A DNA stretch of 64,000 bases from Octopus sinensis (lineage: Eukaryota). Below the pieces are notes generated by a model, which worked only from the letters and a program-made list of their open reading frames with translations, ran no database searches and was not told where the DNA came from. Numbering within the stretch: the first letter of the stretch is position 1; the number at the start of each line of letters is the position of its first letter. Positions 52,375 through 64,000 of this stretch are shown here, piece after piece. Made by a program: the position numbers and the translations under genes. The DNA is taken from positions 122,574,001-122,638,000 of the forward strand of contig NC_043000.1 of assembly GCF_006345805.1 (NCBI RefSeq), in the 5' to 3' direction.

Positions 52375-52548
52375 GTTTATTTTAAAAATATAAATATATG
52401 AAAGAATGGAGCTGAACGACGAATTAACAAAGTTCCTTTATTTTCGACATATTAGGAATATGCAGCCTTCGAAACATGTCGAAAATAAAGAAATTTTGTT
52501 AATTCGTCGTTCAGCTCCATACTTTCATATATATATATATATATATAT

Positions 52549-52627
<79 letters not shown>

Positions 52628-52628
52628 C

Positions 52629-52662
<34 letters not shown>

Positions 52663-52674
52663 ATATATATATAT

Positions 52675-52737
<63 letters not shown>

Positions 52738-52743
<6 letters not shown>

Positions 52744-52905
52744 CGACGGGTTTCTTTCAGTTCCGACTACCAACTCCACTCACAAGAGTTTGGTCGGCCC
52801 GAGGCTATAGTAGAAGACACTTGCTCAAAGTGCCACACAGTAGGACTGAACCCGGAACCATATGGTTCGTATGCAAGCTACTTACCACACAGCCATTCCT
52901 AAGCC

Positions 52906-52906
<1 letters not shown>
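52738..52906 (-). mobile_element. SINE family C, 5' half
   Basis: acgacggg...gctacttaccacacagccattcctaagcct. Confidence 0.85.
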
Positions 52907-52952
<46 letters not shown>

Positions 52953-53250
52953 TGAAGGCGCATGGCTTAGTGATTCGAGCGTCGAGCTTACCATCGTGAG
53001 GTTGTAGTTCGAATCCCGGACCTGACTGCGTGTTGTGTTCTTGAGCAAGACACTTTATTTCACGTTGCTCCAGTTCACTCAGCTGTAGAAATGAATTGCG
53101 ACGTCACAAGTGCCAAGATGTATCGGCCGTTGCCTTTCCCTTGGATAACACAGGTATCATGGAGAGGGAAGGCCGGTATAGGCGACTGCTGGTCTTCCAT
53201 AAACAACCTTGCCCGAACTTATGCCTGGGAGGGTAACTTTCTAGGTGCAA
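52953..53250 (+). mobile_element. SINE with family B-like head/core and a distinct 3' part
   Basis: ggcgcatggcttagtg, gttcgaatccc B-box and tgtgttcttgagcaagacacttt core. Confidence 0.75.
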
Positions 53251-53993
53251 TGTTTGGCTGGCTTGAGGCTATATAATAGAAGACACTTGCTCAAGGTGCC
53301 ACGAAGTGAGACTGAACCCGAAAACATAGGGTTTGGAAGTAAACGTAGAGAATTTCAAATCGACCGAGCGGCTACATTGGCCAAAATGTCAAATCCTTCT
53401 GTAGTCTAATTGATGCTGGGAAGAGTGACCTTAAATTTTAGCAACACATATCTACGATGTTTAGGACAAAACAGGTAAATAATTCACAATTACTCTTTTC
53501 GATTGTCACAATAGTTTCTACATCACTTGTTACAGCCTCCACTGTTTCGATGTCATATCTTCTCAAACGAGTAACCTCATCCCTGCTTCATATATCTAGG
53601 CAGCGCGAGTTCAGATAATCTCTATAGTTTCTGATAAAGTGACTTAAATAAGAAATATTGAAAAGAAAGGGTAAATTATAAACAGGTGAATTTATTAATT
53701 GTTTTTTCATTTCTTATTTTCGATTGGTATTATAGTTGGATACGTAAACACACACACACATTATATAAATATATATGTATACAATTAAGATAGGGGAAGT
53801 ACATTTTCATACAACCAACACGGATTGTATTATATTCATAGTATCAGGCACATACATATTCTATACGCAAATATACCCACACAAAGATGAGTACATTTAG
53901 GTGTAGCTATAAAATTTTTACACATGCATATATATATATAAATATATATATATATACATATACATATAATGAATATATATATATATATATAAA

Positions 53994-54318
53994 TCACCAT
54001 TAAAATACAGGTCCAGATACTGCAACAGCTTGGGTTTCAGAGGACCACAACTCTTTAACATCATCCCTAAATGCCTGAGAGACTTACATGGTGTGGATGT
54101 GGGTTTCTTTAAAACTAAACTGGATCTCTTCTTGTTGGGAGTCCCAGATGAGCCTACCTCTCGACAGGAGACGGGGATCCGAGCAGCAGCATCAAACTCC
54201 CTTGTTGATCAAGTGCCACGTATCAGAGGTGGATTCACAAATTAGTGTAGCTCATTCAGCGGTGGTGCCCCAGCATGGCCGCGGCCTTCGGGCTAAAACA
54301 TTTTTAAGGATTTAAGGA
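53994..54318 (+). mobile_element. 5'-truncated 3' end of the CR1-group LINE
   Basis: Near identical to 59090-59397. Ends in (tttaagga)2. Confidence 0.92.
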
Positions 54319-54319
54319 T

Positions 54320-54607
54320 ATATATATATGTACATATATAAATATATATATACATATATAAAAATATATATGTGAATGTGTGTGTGTGTGTGTGCTTGCA
54401 TACATATACATATATTTAAACCCATACCTATTCATCCTTCTATCTACCTATCTATACATACTTGCATATACATGCATATATATATAGAGAGATACATGCA
54501 TACACATATATATATATATGTGTGTGTGTATGTGTGTGTGTGTGTATGTATGCATATACATATATATATTTACATATATATATATACATATATACATATA
54601 TATATAC

Positions 54608-54642
<35 letters not shown>

Positions 54643-54784
54643 AATTTATTTTAATTTATTAATAAATTAATATGTTCAATAAGAAATAATTTTTTTCGAA
54701 ATTTTTTTCTCTTATGAGGTTTTTACGCTATCTACCTGACAATTTCTTGTTAAGTTTTCCTTATTAAGTAGTTGTCCTTAATTG

Positions 54785-54857
<73 letters not shown>

Positions 54858-54917
54858 CACCTATACATACATATAGATAATAATATATAGATATATATTA
54901 TATATATACACACACAC

Positions 54918-54989
<72 letters not shown>

Positions 54990-55391
54990 TATATATACAT
55001 TTATGTATAAATCATATTTATGCAGTTCCTTCAATTACTGTGTAACTAAAAATTATATATAACATATTGCAAACCATACGTAGAACAGACCATAAATATC
55101 AATAATAGAGGAAAACAGAAAATATAACTAAAATAACTAAAACGAAAACAATAAACCATAATATTAATGTATAGTTCAGAATACTGCTGACAGATATTCC
55201 TTTCGATGCGGTGAATATTATACGTAAAAAAAGTGACTGTGAAGATGTCGGTCGTGTATATAGATTCCGGTTTATGCGCATGCGTATGTAGTTGGGCATA
55301 CATACGTACATACATATGTGTGTTTATGTGTGTGTATGCGTGTGATGTGTGTATGTACATATTTGTAAGGGAATTTATGTACGTATGTATG

Positions 55392-55423
<32 letters not shown>

Positions 55424-55700
55424 ATATATATATTATATATATATTATATATATATATATATATATCGGCAAATGCACACAAGATACCCACGTATGTGTTT
55501 GTGTATGTCTTTGCATATTAACATTATTTGTATGTATATGTATTGCATACACACACGATCGATCGATGGATATTTATAGATAGATTGGAAAATATAGGTT
55601 GGTAGGTAGGTAGGTAGGTAGGTATGTAGGTAGGTAGACGAAGAGACAGAAATAGGGAGATATGTAAAGATAGATGGATGGATTGATGGATGGATGGATG

Positions 55701-55784
<84 letters not shown>

Positions 55785-55815
55785 CTTGGCTGGCTGGTTA
55801 GATAGATAGATAAGC

Positions 55816-55875
<60 letters not shown>
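54320..55875. repeat. (TA)n, (GGTA)n, (GGAT)n and (GATA)n microsatellite cluster
   Basis: Seen directly. Confidence 0.9.
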
Positions 55876-56340
55876 CACAGAAAGATGGATAGATATGCTA
55901 ACACGTGCTGGTCTGAAGGCGACGGGTGGAAATATAAGTTGGTATTACATTTGGTCTGTTTTGTTCTTATGTTTCCGACGTGAGTGAAGAGCATTTCGGA
56001 TAAAAGTGACAGCTGTATGTAGGGTTATGTGTAATGTACAAGGTTTAAGTGTTGTGTAGACGCACTGTAGAAATTACTGTATGTTTGTGCTGCAGAGTGT
56101 AATGCGTGTATATTAAAGACAAATGAAAATTATATATTGTGTGTGTACTTGTAAGCCATTATGAAATCATAAATATACGGGAAAGCTAGACAGGAAATAG
56201 TATGCGTTACTGTGAATGTATCTATGTATGCTCATGCGGTGCCATTTTCTGCACATATAAATATGTAAATGTATTACTGCGTATGTTTGTATATATATAG
56301 ACGTGAGTGTACATCATGTATACATGAATACATGTATATA

Positions 56341-56803
56341 ACTATTCTAGAGGTGGGCGAGAAACAAAGGAAGAAAGTATGGAAGAGGAACGTTATTTAT
56401 TATTTACTTCATTAATAATACTGGATTCAAACTTTAGCACACGAACACAGTTTCGGGAGTGCTGGGGGATGGGCCAAGCCTATTACATCGACCGCCCAGC
56501 GCAAATTATCAACCCTCGAGAGGATGAATGGCAAAGCCGACCTTGGTGGAATTTGATCCCAGAACGTAAAATACAGATGAAATGGCACTGAGCATTTTGC
56601 CTTGCGTGCTAACGAGACTGACAGCTCGTTGGCTTATACAAGTTTATTAATATTGGCATCAATTTTATAACCCACCCAGTCCTGAAACTGCTGTGCGTGT
56701 GCCAACATTTGAATCCAGTATTAATAAAGTAAATAATAAACAACGTTCCTCTTCCATACTTTCTTCCTTTGTTCAATTGTTTGTCGCCCACCTCTAGAAT
56801 AGT
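56341..56803. repeat. Inverted repeat (56341-56431 / 56708-56803) enclosing a degenerate family D SINE
   Basis: actattctagaggtgggcga...ggattcaaa versus tttgaatcc...tcgcccacctctagaatagt. Confidence 0.85.
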
Positions 56804-56825
56804 AGATATATAGAATAGTAGATAT

Positions 56826-59397
56826 ATGGCCTGGGGGGGCAGATGCTCCCAGGGATGACACACCATCAGCAGGCACAGGTGGAGTCCCTGCTCCATCTCA
56901 CAAATGCCTCTTTCATGGAGCAAATAGTTCTGCAACCAACAAGGGCAGATAATATACTGGATCTCTGCTTCACAAACAATATGGATATTATCAATAATGT
57001 TAATGTGATGCCGACAATGATCTCGGATCACAACATAATAGAGCTGTCTATGTATGGAACAAAAGCCCCCGCAGACACACAGCCTATACGAAGCACCCAC
57101 CATCTCTCCAACTTAAACTTTCATAAAGCCAACTGGAAGTCGATTGAGAAAGAGATCCTCAAACAGGATTGGCCTGAATGTCTCTCCACACCGGACATAA
57201 ACATGAAACACAAACACTTCATGTCCATAATACAAGCCATATGTGACAAATATGTCCCAATGTGCAGGGCCAGCACACACAAGAACAAAAACAGGATCCC
57301 TAGAGAAAGGAGGATTCTTATGAGACGACGGACAAGGATTGCAAACCGCCTGAGCAAGCACACCAAAAGTGGTGAGAAGTCTCGGCTCGAAAGAATGCTA
57401 ATGGAAACTGAGAAAAGTCTACATCAGTCCCATGAAAAGGAGAGAGCAGATAAAGAAGCTTGGGTAATAGAAAATATAAAATCAAACCCTAAAGCTTTCT
57501 TTAAGTTTGCCAAAGAGACAGCCACAGTGCACCAGAGAATAGGACCTCTCTTCCAAAAAGATGGCTCTCTCACAGGAAAACCCACGAGGATAAGTGAAAT
57601 ACTGAACGAACAGTTCCAAAGTGTGTTCACTACACCTCTAGGACACAGGCAAGTAAACAACCCAGAAGAATTCTTTCCCACTTTACCAGCGGCCAAAGAG
57701 ACAAAAATTGAGTACATCAACATCGAAGAAGATGATATCACACTAGCCATTGATGAGATTGACACAAACTCAGCTGCTGGACCTGATGGATTCCCAGCGA
57801 TCCTTCTCAAATCGTGCAAACGAGCCCTTGCAAAACCGCTACAGCTTCTTTTTCAGAGCTTTCTTGCAAGTGGTAAGCTCCCAGTCAAACTGAAAGAGGG
57901 GGTAATATGCCCTATCCATAAGGGAGGTAGCAGAGCAGATGCTAAAAATTATAGGCCTATCTCTCTGACCTCACACATCAGCAAAGTCATGGAACGAATA
58001 GTCCGTAAGAAACTAATCATGTTCCTTGAAGAAAATGACTTACTGTCTGACACCCAGCATGGATTTCGACCAGGTAGAGGCTGCCTAACACAGCTCCTGC
58101 AACACTATGACTGGGTGTTGAAACAGCTACTAAATGGCTCAAATGTGGATGTAATATATCTTGACTTTGCAAAAGCCTTTGATAAAGTCGACCATGGTAT
58201 GATCTGTCACAAACTGCGTGGTCTCGGCATAGGCGGGAAACTTGGAGAGTGGCTGCACAACTTCCTAAAATACAGAAAACAGGCAGTTGTGAGCAATGGA
58301 GCCACCTCCAAGGAAACGCAAATAACAAGCGGTGTCCCACAGAGCACTGTCTTGGGGCCACTGATGTTCATAGTGGCCCTTTCAGACATGCCTTCAGTTG
58401 CTACGATGACCACCCTTGCTAGCTATGCAGATGACACAAAAGTCTCCCACGCAATACAAAACCCTGAAAATATTGCGCATCTGCAACATGAGCTGGACAC
58501 AATATACAGGTGGGCTGAGGACAACAACATGCAGTTTAATGCAGGTAAGTTCCAGGCCCTGCGCTACTGGCACACAAAGGTAAATGACGTGAAGACTGGA
58601 TACACTGGCCCAGGAAGAATTGCAATCCCTGAGTCAAAATCAGTGCGTGACCTGGGCATTGACATGAGCAATGATGCATCTTTCCAAATGCATATTGCTA
58701 ATCTGGTGATAAAATGCAGACGGCTAGCTGGATGGATTCTCCGAACTTTCAGAACAAGAGAGAAGGAGACACTGATGGTCCTATGGAAAACATTCGTCCT
58801 CAGCCGCTTGGACTACTGCTCCTAACTTTGGTCACCACACAATATGAAACAAACAGCAGAACTCGAAGCAACTCAGAGAAGCTACACAAAGAAAATCGTC
58901 TCAATGCAAAATGTCAGCTACTGGGAAAGACTGAAGGTATTAAACCTCTTCTCCCTGGAGCGGAGGCGGGAGAGATATGCAGTGATATACATCTGGAAAA
59001 TCCTGGAGGGTCTTGACCCAAACTTTGGCATTCAAAGTTACTCCAACCGCAGAACGGGGCGCCGCTGCGTGGTGCCAAGGATTCCAACATCACCATCAAA
59101 ATACAGGTCCAGATACTGCAACAGCTTGGGTTTCAGAGGACCACAGCTCTTTAACATCCTCCCTAAATGCCTGAGAGACTTACATGGTGTGGATGTGGGT
59201 TTCTTTAAAACTAAACTGGATCTCTTCTTGTTGGGAGTCCCAGATGAACCTACCTCACGACAGGAGACGCGGATGCGGGCAGCAGCATCGAACTCCCTTG
59301 TTGATCAAGTGCCACGTATCAGAGGTGGATTCACAAACTAGTGTAGCTCATTCAGCGGTGGTGCCCCAGCATGGCCGGGGCCTTCGGGCTGAAACAT
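56826..59397 (+). mobile_element. 5'-truncated CR1-group LINE
   Basis: ORF2 remnant plus a short 3' UTR shared with two other copies in the window. Confidence 0.9.
56843..59341 (+). pseudogene. LINE ORF2 (C-terminal part of the APE endonuclease + RT), one in-frame TAA at 58823-58825
   Basis: PTR..NILDL, SDHN, AAGPDG, YRPISLTS, QHGF, LDFAKAFDKV, GVPQSTVLGP, YADD and RDLG. The same frame continues past the stop (LDYCS*LWSP...SLERRRERY). Confidence 0.92.
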
Positions 59398-59464
59398 AGG
59401 AGAAGGAAAGATCCAGAGAAGGGAAGACAGAGGAAAAAAAATTGCCAACGGTACACACGCGGTC

Positions 59465-59515
<51 letters not shown>

Positions 59516-59672
59516 ATACGGAGGCATACATTTGCATATCTATTCATTTTGAATATATTATCGTGACATACCTGATGAAAACATAATAATCTTTCTTACC
59601 CGCTCTTTGTCTCTCTGCCTCTCTGTCTCTTCCTTCTTCTTCGTCTCCCTCTCTCATTTCCTCTCTCCTATA

Positions 59673-60060
59673 TCTATTATATAAAATCCGTTCTGTCTCT
59701 CTGTATGTGTGTCTTCTAGGATCTCGGGAATCCTCCATCCGATTGCGCTTAAATTTGATATGTAGTTACCGACGATAACAGAGCGTGTATAAGTCTTGAA
59801 GAAATTACAAAAATCGATTTCAGGTGAGAATGCAATCGATAAAGCCGGGGGAAAGTGCATTTGTACGCGAAGATACATCAGCTGTTGCGATCGATACTAC
59901 GCGTACGCGAGAGAAATGCACGTGCATTTTGCGCCAAAACAGAAGGCTGGCTTGAAATAATGCCACAAAATGGAGTATATTTGAGAGACCAAAAAAGCAA
60001 CATGCAAAAGAAGTATTTTCTTCAAACTTGGCATGAAGGAAGGAAAGACTATTTGGTCCC
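59673..60060 (+). mobile_element. Helitron-like non-autonomous element, 5' portion
   Basis: Starts a|TCTATTATATAAAA followed by tctgtc-type repeats and ccgattgcgcttaaatttg. No 3' CTAG end was found. Confidence 0.5.
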
Positions 60061-60678
60061 ATAGAAGTTTTTTTTTTGCCTTAACTTCGTTTAACAAAAC
60101 CAAACATTTTATTGAAATAAAGGCATACTTAATTATTTTTTAATAAAAAGAACTGTTTAAACCATGTTTGTGTTCTCCCAGTCAACAGCCTTATCATTAC
60201 TGGTACTTTAAACTCTTCGGTTGCATATTTGTGTGAATGAAATCGTGTTTTTTTTGGGGGGGGGGATAGAAAAAAGTCTATCTTTATTTCTTCTTTTGCT
60301 GGTGTCTCAAATTTAGGTTAAATCAGTGTTTCTCAAAGGGGAGACCCATGGGACGGTTGGAGAAGTTGTTTTGAGAAAATCTGGTTTAAATGTTTGACAA
60401 CTCGGCACCGTCCATTGAACGGGGGGCGTTTTGCTCGTTTTATATATAGATAGATAGATATCTAGATGGAGAAATAGAGAGAGGGAGAGAGAGAGAGACA
60501 GATAATAGACAGAAACAAGCAGACATGCAGACAAGCAGACAGACATAGATAAACAGGCAGACGTTCCATCTGATGATTACGGTTTTAGTGATGGAGTAAT
60601 GTTCTCATTCTTCTATTAAAAAGATGCGTAAGAAATAGCTGTAATGAGCTGGCAATTATCTATCAATTGTTAGTTTTC

Positions 60679-60737
<59 letters not shown>

Positions 60738-60740
<3 letters not shown>

Positions 60741-61182
60741 ACTTATAAATAAGGGCAAACGAAAAAATTTATAATGCCAAATATGCCGAAAATTTGGACA
60801 TATTGTCCATAACCATATAATTTTTCATAATACGCACGCTACTCGAGAAAAAGCCGACAGAAATTTCTAAAAAATTCCATTATTACCATATCGGACCAAT
60901 TTCAGGGTTAGTTCGTAAGAACCCTCCCTTCGTCAGTGATAAATGCGGTAAAGAAATAAATGAAATACTTACTTATACCTATGGAACAAGTGAGGGTTCT
61001 TACGAACTAACCCTGAAATCGGTCCGATATGGTAATGATGAAATTTTTTCGAAATTTCTGTCGGCGTTTTTTTTCGAGTAGCGTGCGTATTGTGAAAAAT
61101 TATATGGTTAGGGACAATATGTCCAAGTTTTCGGCATGTTTGGCAATAGAATTTTTTTTGTTTGCCCTTATTTATGAGTTGT
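60738..61182. repeat. Long inverted repeat (60738-60926 / 60992-61182), PLE-type inverted terminal remnant
   Basis: Reverse-complementary arms of about 190 bp between two (TA)n tracts. Confidence 0.9.
60889..60941 (-). ncRNA. Degenerate minimal HHR motif
   Basis: UAUCA-CUGACGA-AGGG...CCCU-GAAA-UUG-GUC-CGAUA. The right arm has GAAAUCGGUC, implying an ancestral ACCGGU stem III. Confidence 0.6.
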
Positions 61183-61269
61183 TTATAATTTTAACCGTTA
61201 AAGGTATTTTTTAATATGCTGGCCATTGATAAAACTTTTTTTCGAAAAAATTTTATCCTACATTAAAAT

Positions 61270-61337
<68 letters not shown>

Positions 61338-61367
61338 GTATACATACATACATACATACTACATACA

Positions 61368-61401
<34 letters not shown>

Positions 61402-63182
61402 CATACATACGCACATACACACATACGTACATACATATGAGTAGCTTCAGTGCTTCCACACTATTTCCTTCTACCAAATTCATTTCAAAGTATTGGACGC
61501 ATTAGGAAGGCACCGAGCAGTAGGACTGAACCTCAAACCACGTGGTTGCAAAGCGATAGTATAGACAAGAAGCAAAACATTATCTAAGCTCCAGTATATT
61601 TGAGTGAGCTACGAGAAATGGTACACTACCATTTCTAATGAAGTCGTATGTATAAATATACATGAAAAACAACTGAGATGCACGGCTGGAATACACTTGC
61701 TCGTTGATTTGATTGTTGAGATGAAAGATAAAATTAAACAAGACACGAAAAATGAAATTCTTCATTCTCTTCTATTATTACTTCAAGCATAAATATTTCA
61801 GTATCCTTATAAAATCAACATTACGATAAATTTCTATTAGAAGCTTGTTATTTGAAATAAATTAATACACTTGGCACTTAGTATACGCAATCATCCAAGT
61901 TGATTTTCTTTAAAAGCATTCCGGTAGATTTCTTGACAAACTATTGCCATTTTCCTTATGTAAGAAATCAATTAAAAAAAAAACGTAAGCAATCTTTATC
62001 ATTTGTTTGTACTCTGTTTTATATTTTAGTACTGTGTAAATATTTAGCTGATAAAACAAACTTAATATTTCAACACTTGTCTTTCACTTCATAGGAAATA
62101 TCCAACATCAATGTATCTGTCCGCCATACCTTCTCCACCCTCTCACCCCCTCTCTCTCTCTCTCTCTTCTATGTTCTCTAAATGTATTTTGTTTTATGTG
62201 CGTACTTGTCAGAAATACTACAAAGAGGTTACGCAGCAAATAGCTTCTGACGTAAGATTTCATTGACTTGGCAGCCTCTTTTCATTGACTGCTACCGTAA
62301 GTACAGTAACAATTCGCAATTTCGTGGCATCTATGGATTTATCATGGGTTTTAGTAACATTTATTATTTTCTTTATACTTAGTCTTCCTCTGCTATTTCA
62401 TCAATTTATTTGCTTGTGTCATTCTTTCTTTATAAAACTACACATATCTCTTTGTATTTCCCTTATATATATATTCCACATTATTTCAATCAGCTTGTTT
62501 TTATAATAACAGACACAAATAGCTGTGACAGCTTTGTAGTGGGATTTTTTTAACCATCCTACAGAGATAACTGACTTTCACAGTTCCAACAGCTTTTAAC
62601 ACTAAAGCCATTATTATTTCGGTGAAAGGAAATGACAGTTATCCAAAACCCAACACACCTCTTCTAGAATCAACTACATCCACGAAAACTGAACAAACGA
62701 AGTTTTAGTCTTAATCCTGTCAACTGGAGAAGGAAAAGAAACTTGTTCGATGCACAGAGAATTATTTTTACTTATTATTTTTTTTTTCTTAGAATTGTGC
62801 CATACCAATCAGGCATTAAAGAAAATATCACTTTCTCCGAAATTTTTCGTGAAAGGATTGCATTTATGAAAAAGAACAGGATTGTGACAAATTATTTATA
62901 TTACTAATTTAAGGCGATTGAAATATATATCGATTGTTGCAACAATACAGCTGAAATTTGTGGTATAGATTAACGTATAAACCATAGGATAGCTATCAGT
63001 CAAAGATAAGTAAATGTTGTTTATCATAAATGACAAAAGATTTATTTACCAAACAAAAGTTATTACAATATTGAAGCCGGTAAAACTGTACAGATCTTGT
63101 ACAATAAATGACTAGTAAGAAATCAACCGCAAATCCTTATTAAGAGTAAACTGCAGCTTACATATACAAAAGTAGGTTGTAT

Positions 63183-63413
63183 ACTCTTTTACTCTTTTAC
63201 TTGTTTCAGTCATTTGACTGTGGCCATGCTAGATCACTGCCTTTAGTCGAGCAAATCGACTCCAGGACTTATTCTTTGTAAGTTTAGTACTTATTCTATC
63301 GGTCTCTTTTGCCGAACCGCTAAGTTACGGTGACGTAAACACACCAGAATCGGTTGTCAGGCGATGTTGGGAGACAAACACAAACACACGAACATACACA
63401 CACACATACATAC

Positions 63414-63420
<7 letters not shown>
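63183..63420 (-). mobile_element. SINE family C, 3' half, ending in its internal microsatellite
   Basis: Tail ctcttttactcttttacttgtttcagtcatttgactg and onward. Confidence 0.85.
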
Positions 63421-63465
<45 letters not shown>

Positions 63466-63478
63466 GTGTATGTATATG

Positions 63479-63520
<42 letters not shown>

Positions 63521-63523
63521 ATA

Positions 63524-64000
63524 TAAACAAATCAATTGCGATAAAATAAAAATAATTATAATCGCTGGTATTACTAACACAAGCCATATATTTTTCATAT
63601 ATCAGTACATTAAGGCGAAATATGTGCTAGGAATACAGAAGCTTGATAAATTAAGTGAAATGAAGATAAAAACATTTACTAAACCGGAAAATTCTCAGAC
63701 TGCAGTTTCTTTCTATTCAGCAAACAAGATAATTTATTTGCCAGGGAGAATTCTTCAGTGAGACCCTGTTTTTCTGGGATCCTAACTCACTAGAAGCATG
63801 TGCGTCTAGTGAATTACTCTTCCTAACTAATCATATCACTGCGCAGACTCCGAACGTCCCGACAACACTAGGGAATTCTGGTATATCGCCTGGCGCTATA
63901 ATTTATCGAGAAATATGTAAACAAATCAAATTGCGATAAAATAAAAATAATTATAATCGCTGGTATTACTAACACAAGCCATATATTTTTCATATATCAG
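63524..64000 (-). repeat. Direct repeat with about 394-bp period carrying an HHR (PLE pseudo-LTR or retrozyme-like unit), running off the window
   Basis: 63524-63605 is repeated at 63918-64000. Confidence 0.8.
63693..63763 (-). ncRNA. Type I hammerhead ribozyme motif
   Basis: UCUCA-CUGAAGA-AUUCU..GGCAAAUAA..UUGUUUGCU..AGAAA-GAAAC-UGCA-GUC-UGAGA, with palindromic stem III ACUGCAGU. Confidence 0.8.

Larger units (their letters stand above)
48574..52530 (-). mobile_element. Penelope-like retroelement, near full length (Naiad-like), with direct pseudo-LTRs and an inverted terminal segment
   Basis: RT and GIY-YIG ORFs. Direct repeat 48574-48791 vs 52164-52452, inverted segment 52451-52530, and an HHR in the 3' repeat. 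Confidence 0.92.

Noticed and set aside
1-64000. CRISPR arrays, operons, rRNA or other prokaryotic systems
   Set aside because: There are no repeat-spacer arrays or prokaryote-like gene density. The short tandem repeats (3030-3097, 15020-15095) lack unique spacers.

Overview
AT-rich, repeat-saturated eukaryotic DNA. The SINE families resemble octopus/cephalopod repeats, which is an inference from recognition and not a database result. I can support no host protein-coding exon. Nearly all short ORFs in the track are translations of (TA)n/(CA)n/(GATA)n microsatellites or of SINEs. The real coding sequence is transposon-derived: an apparently intact IR/DR Tc1 element (DD34E, 43443-45071), a near full-length Penelope-like retroelement (PLE; RT plus GIY-YIG, two frameshifts, 48574-52530, minus strand), a 5'-truncated CR1-group LINE with one nonsense codon (56826-59397), decayed mariner, Gypsy, R4/Dong-like and other PLE fragments, and two Helitron-like non-autonomous pieces. 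About 25 copies of four tRNA-derived SINE families are present, several with clear target-site duplications (TSDs). The most notable hidden signal is about ten type I hammerhead-ribozyme (HHR) motifs from several unrelated sequence families. Most lie on the minus strand beside (TA)n tracts, often within fold-back or tandem repeats, and each family has its own palindromic stem III. In the full PLE, the direct-repeat boundary coincides with the predicted ribozyme cleavage site.
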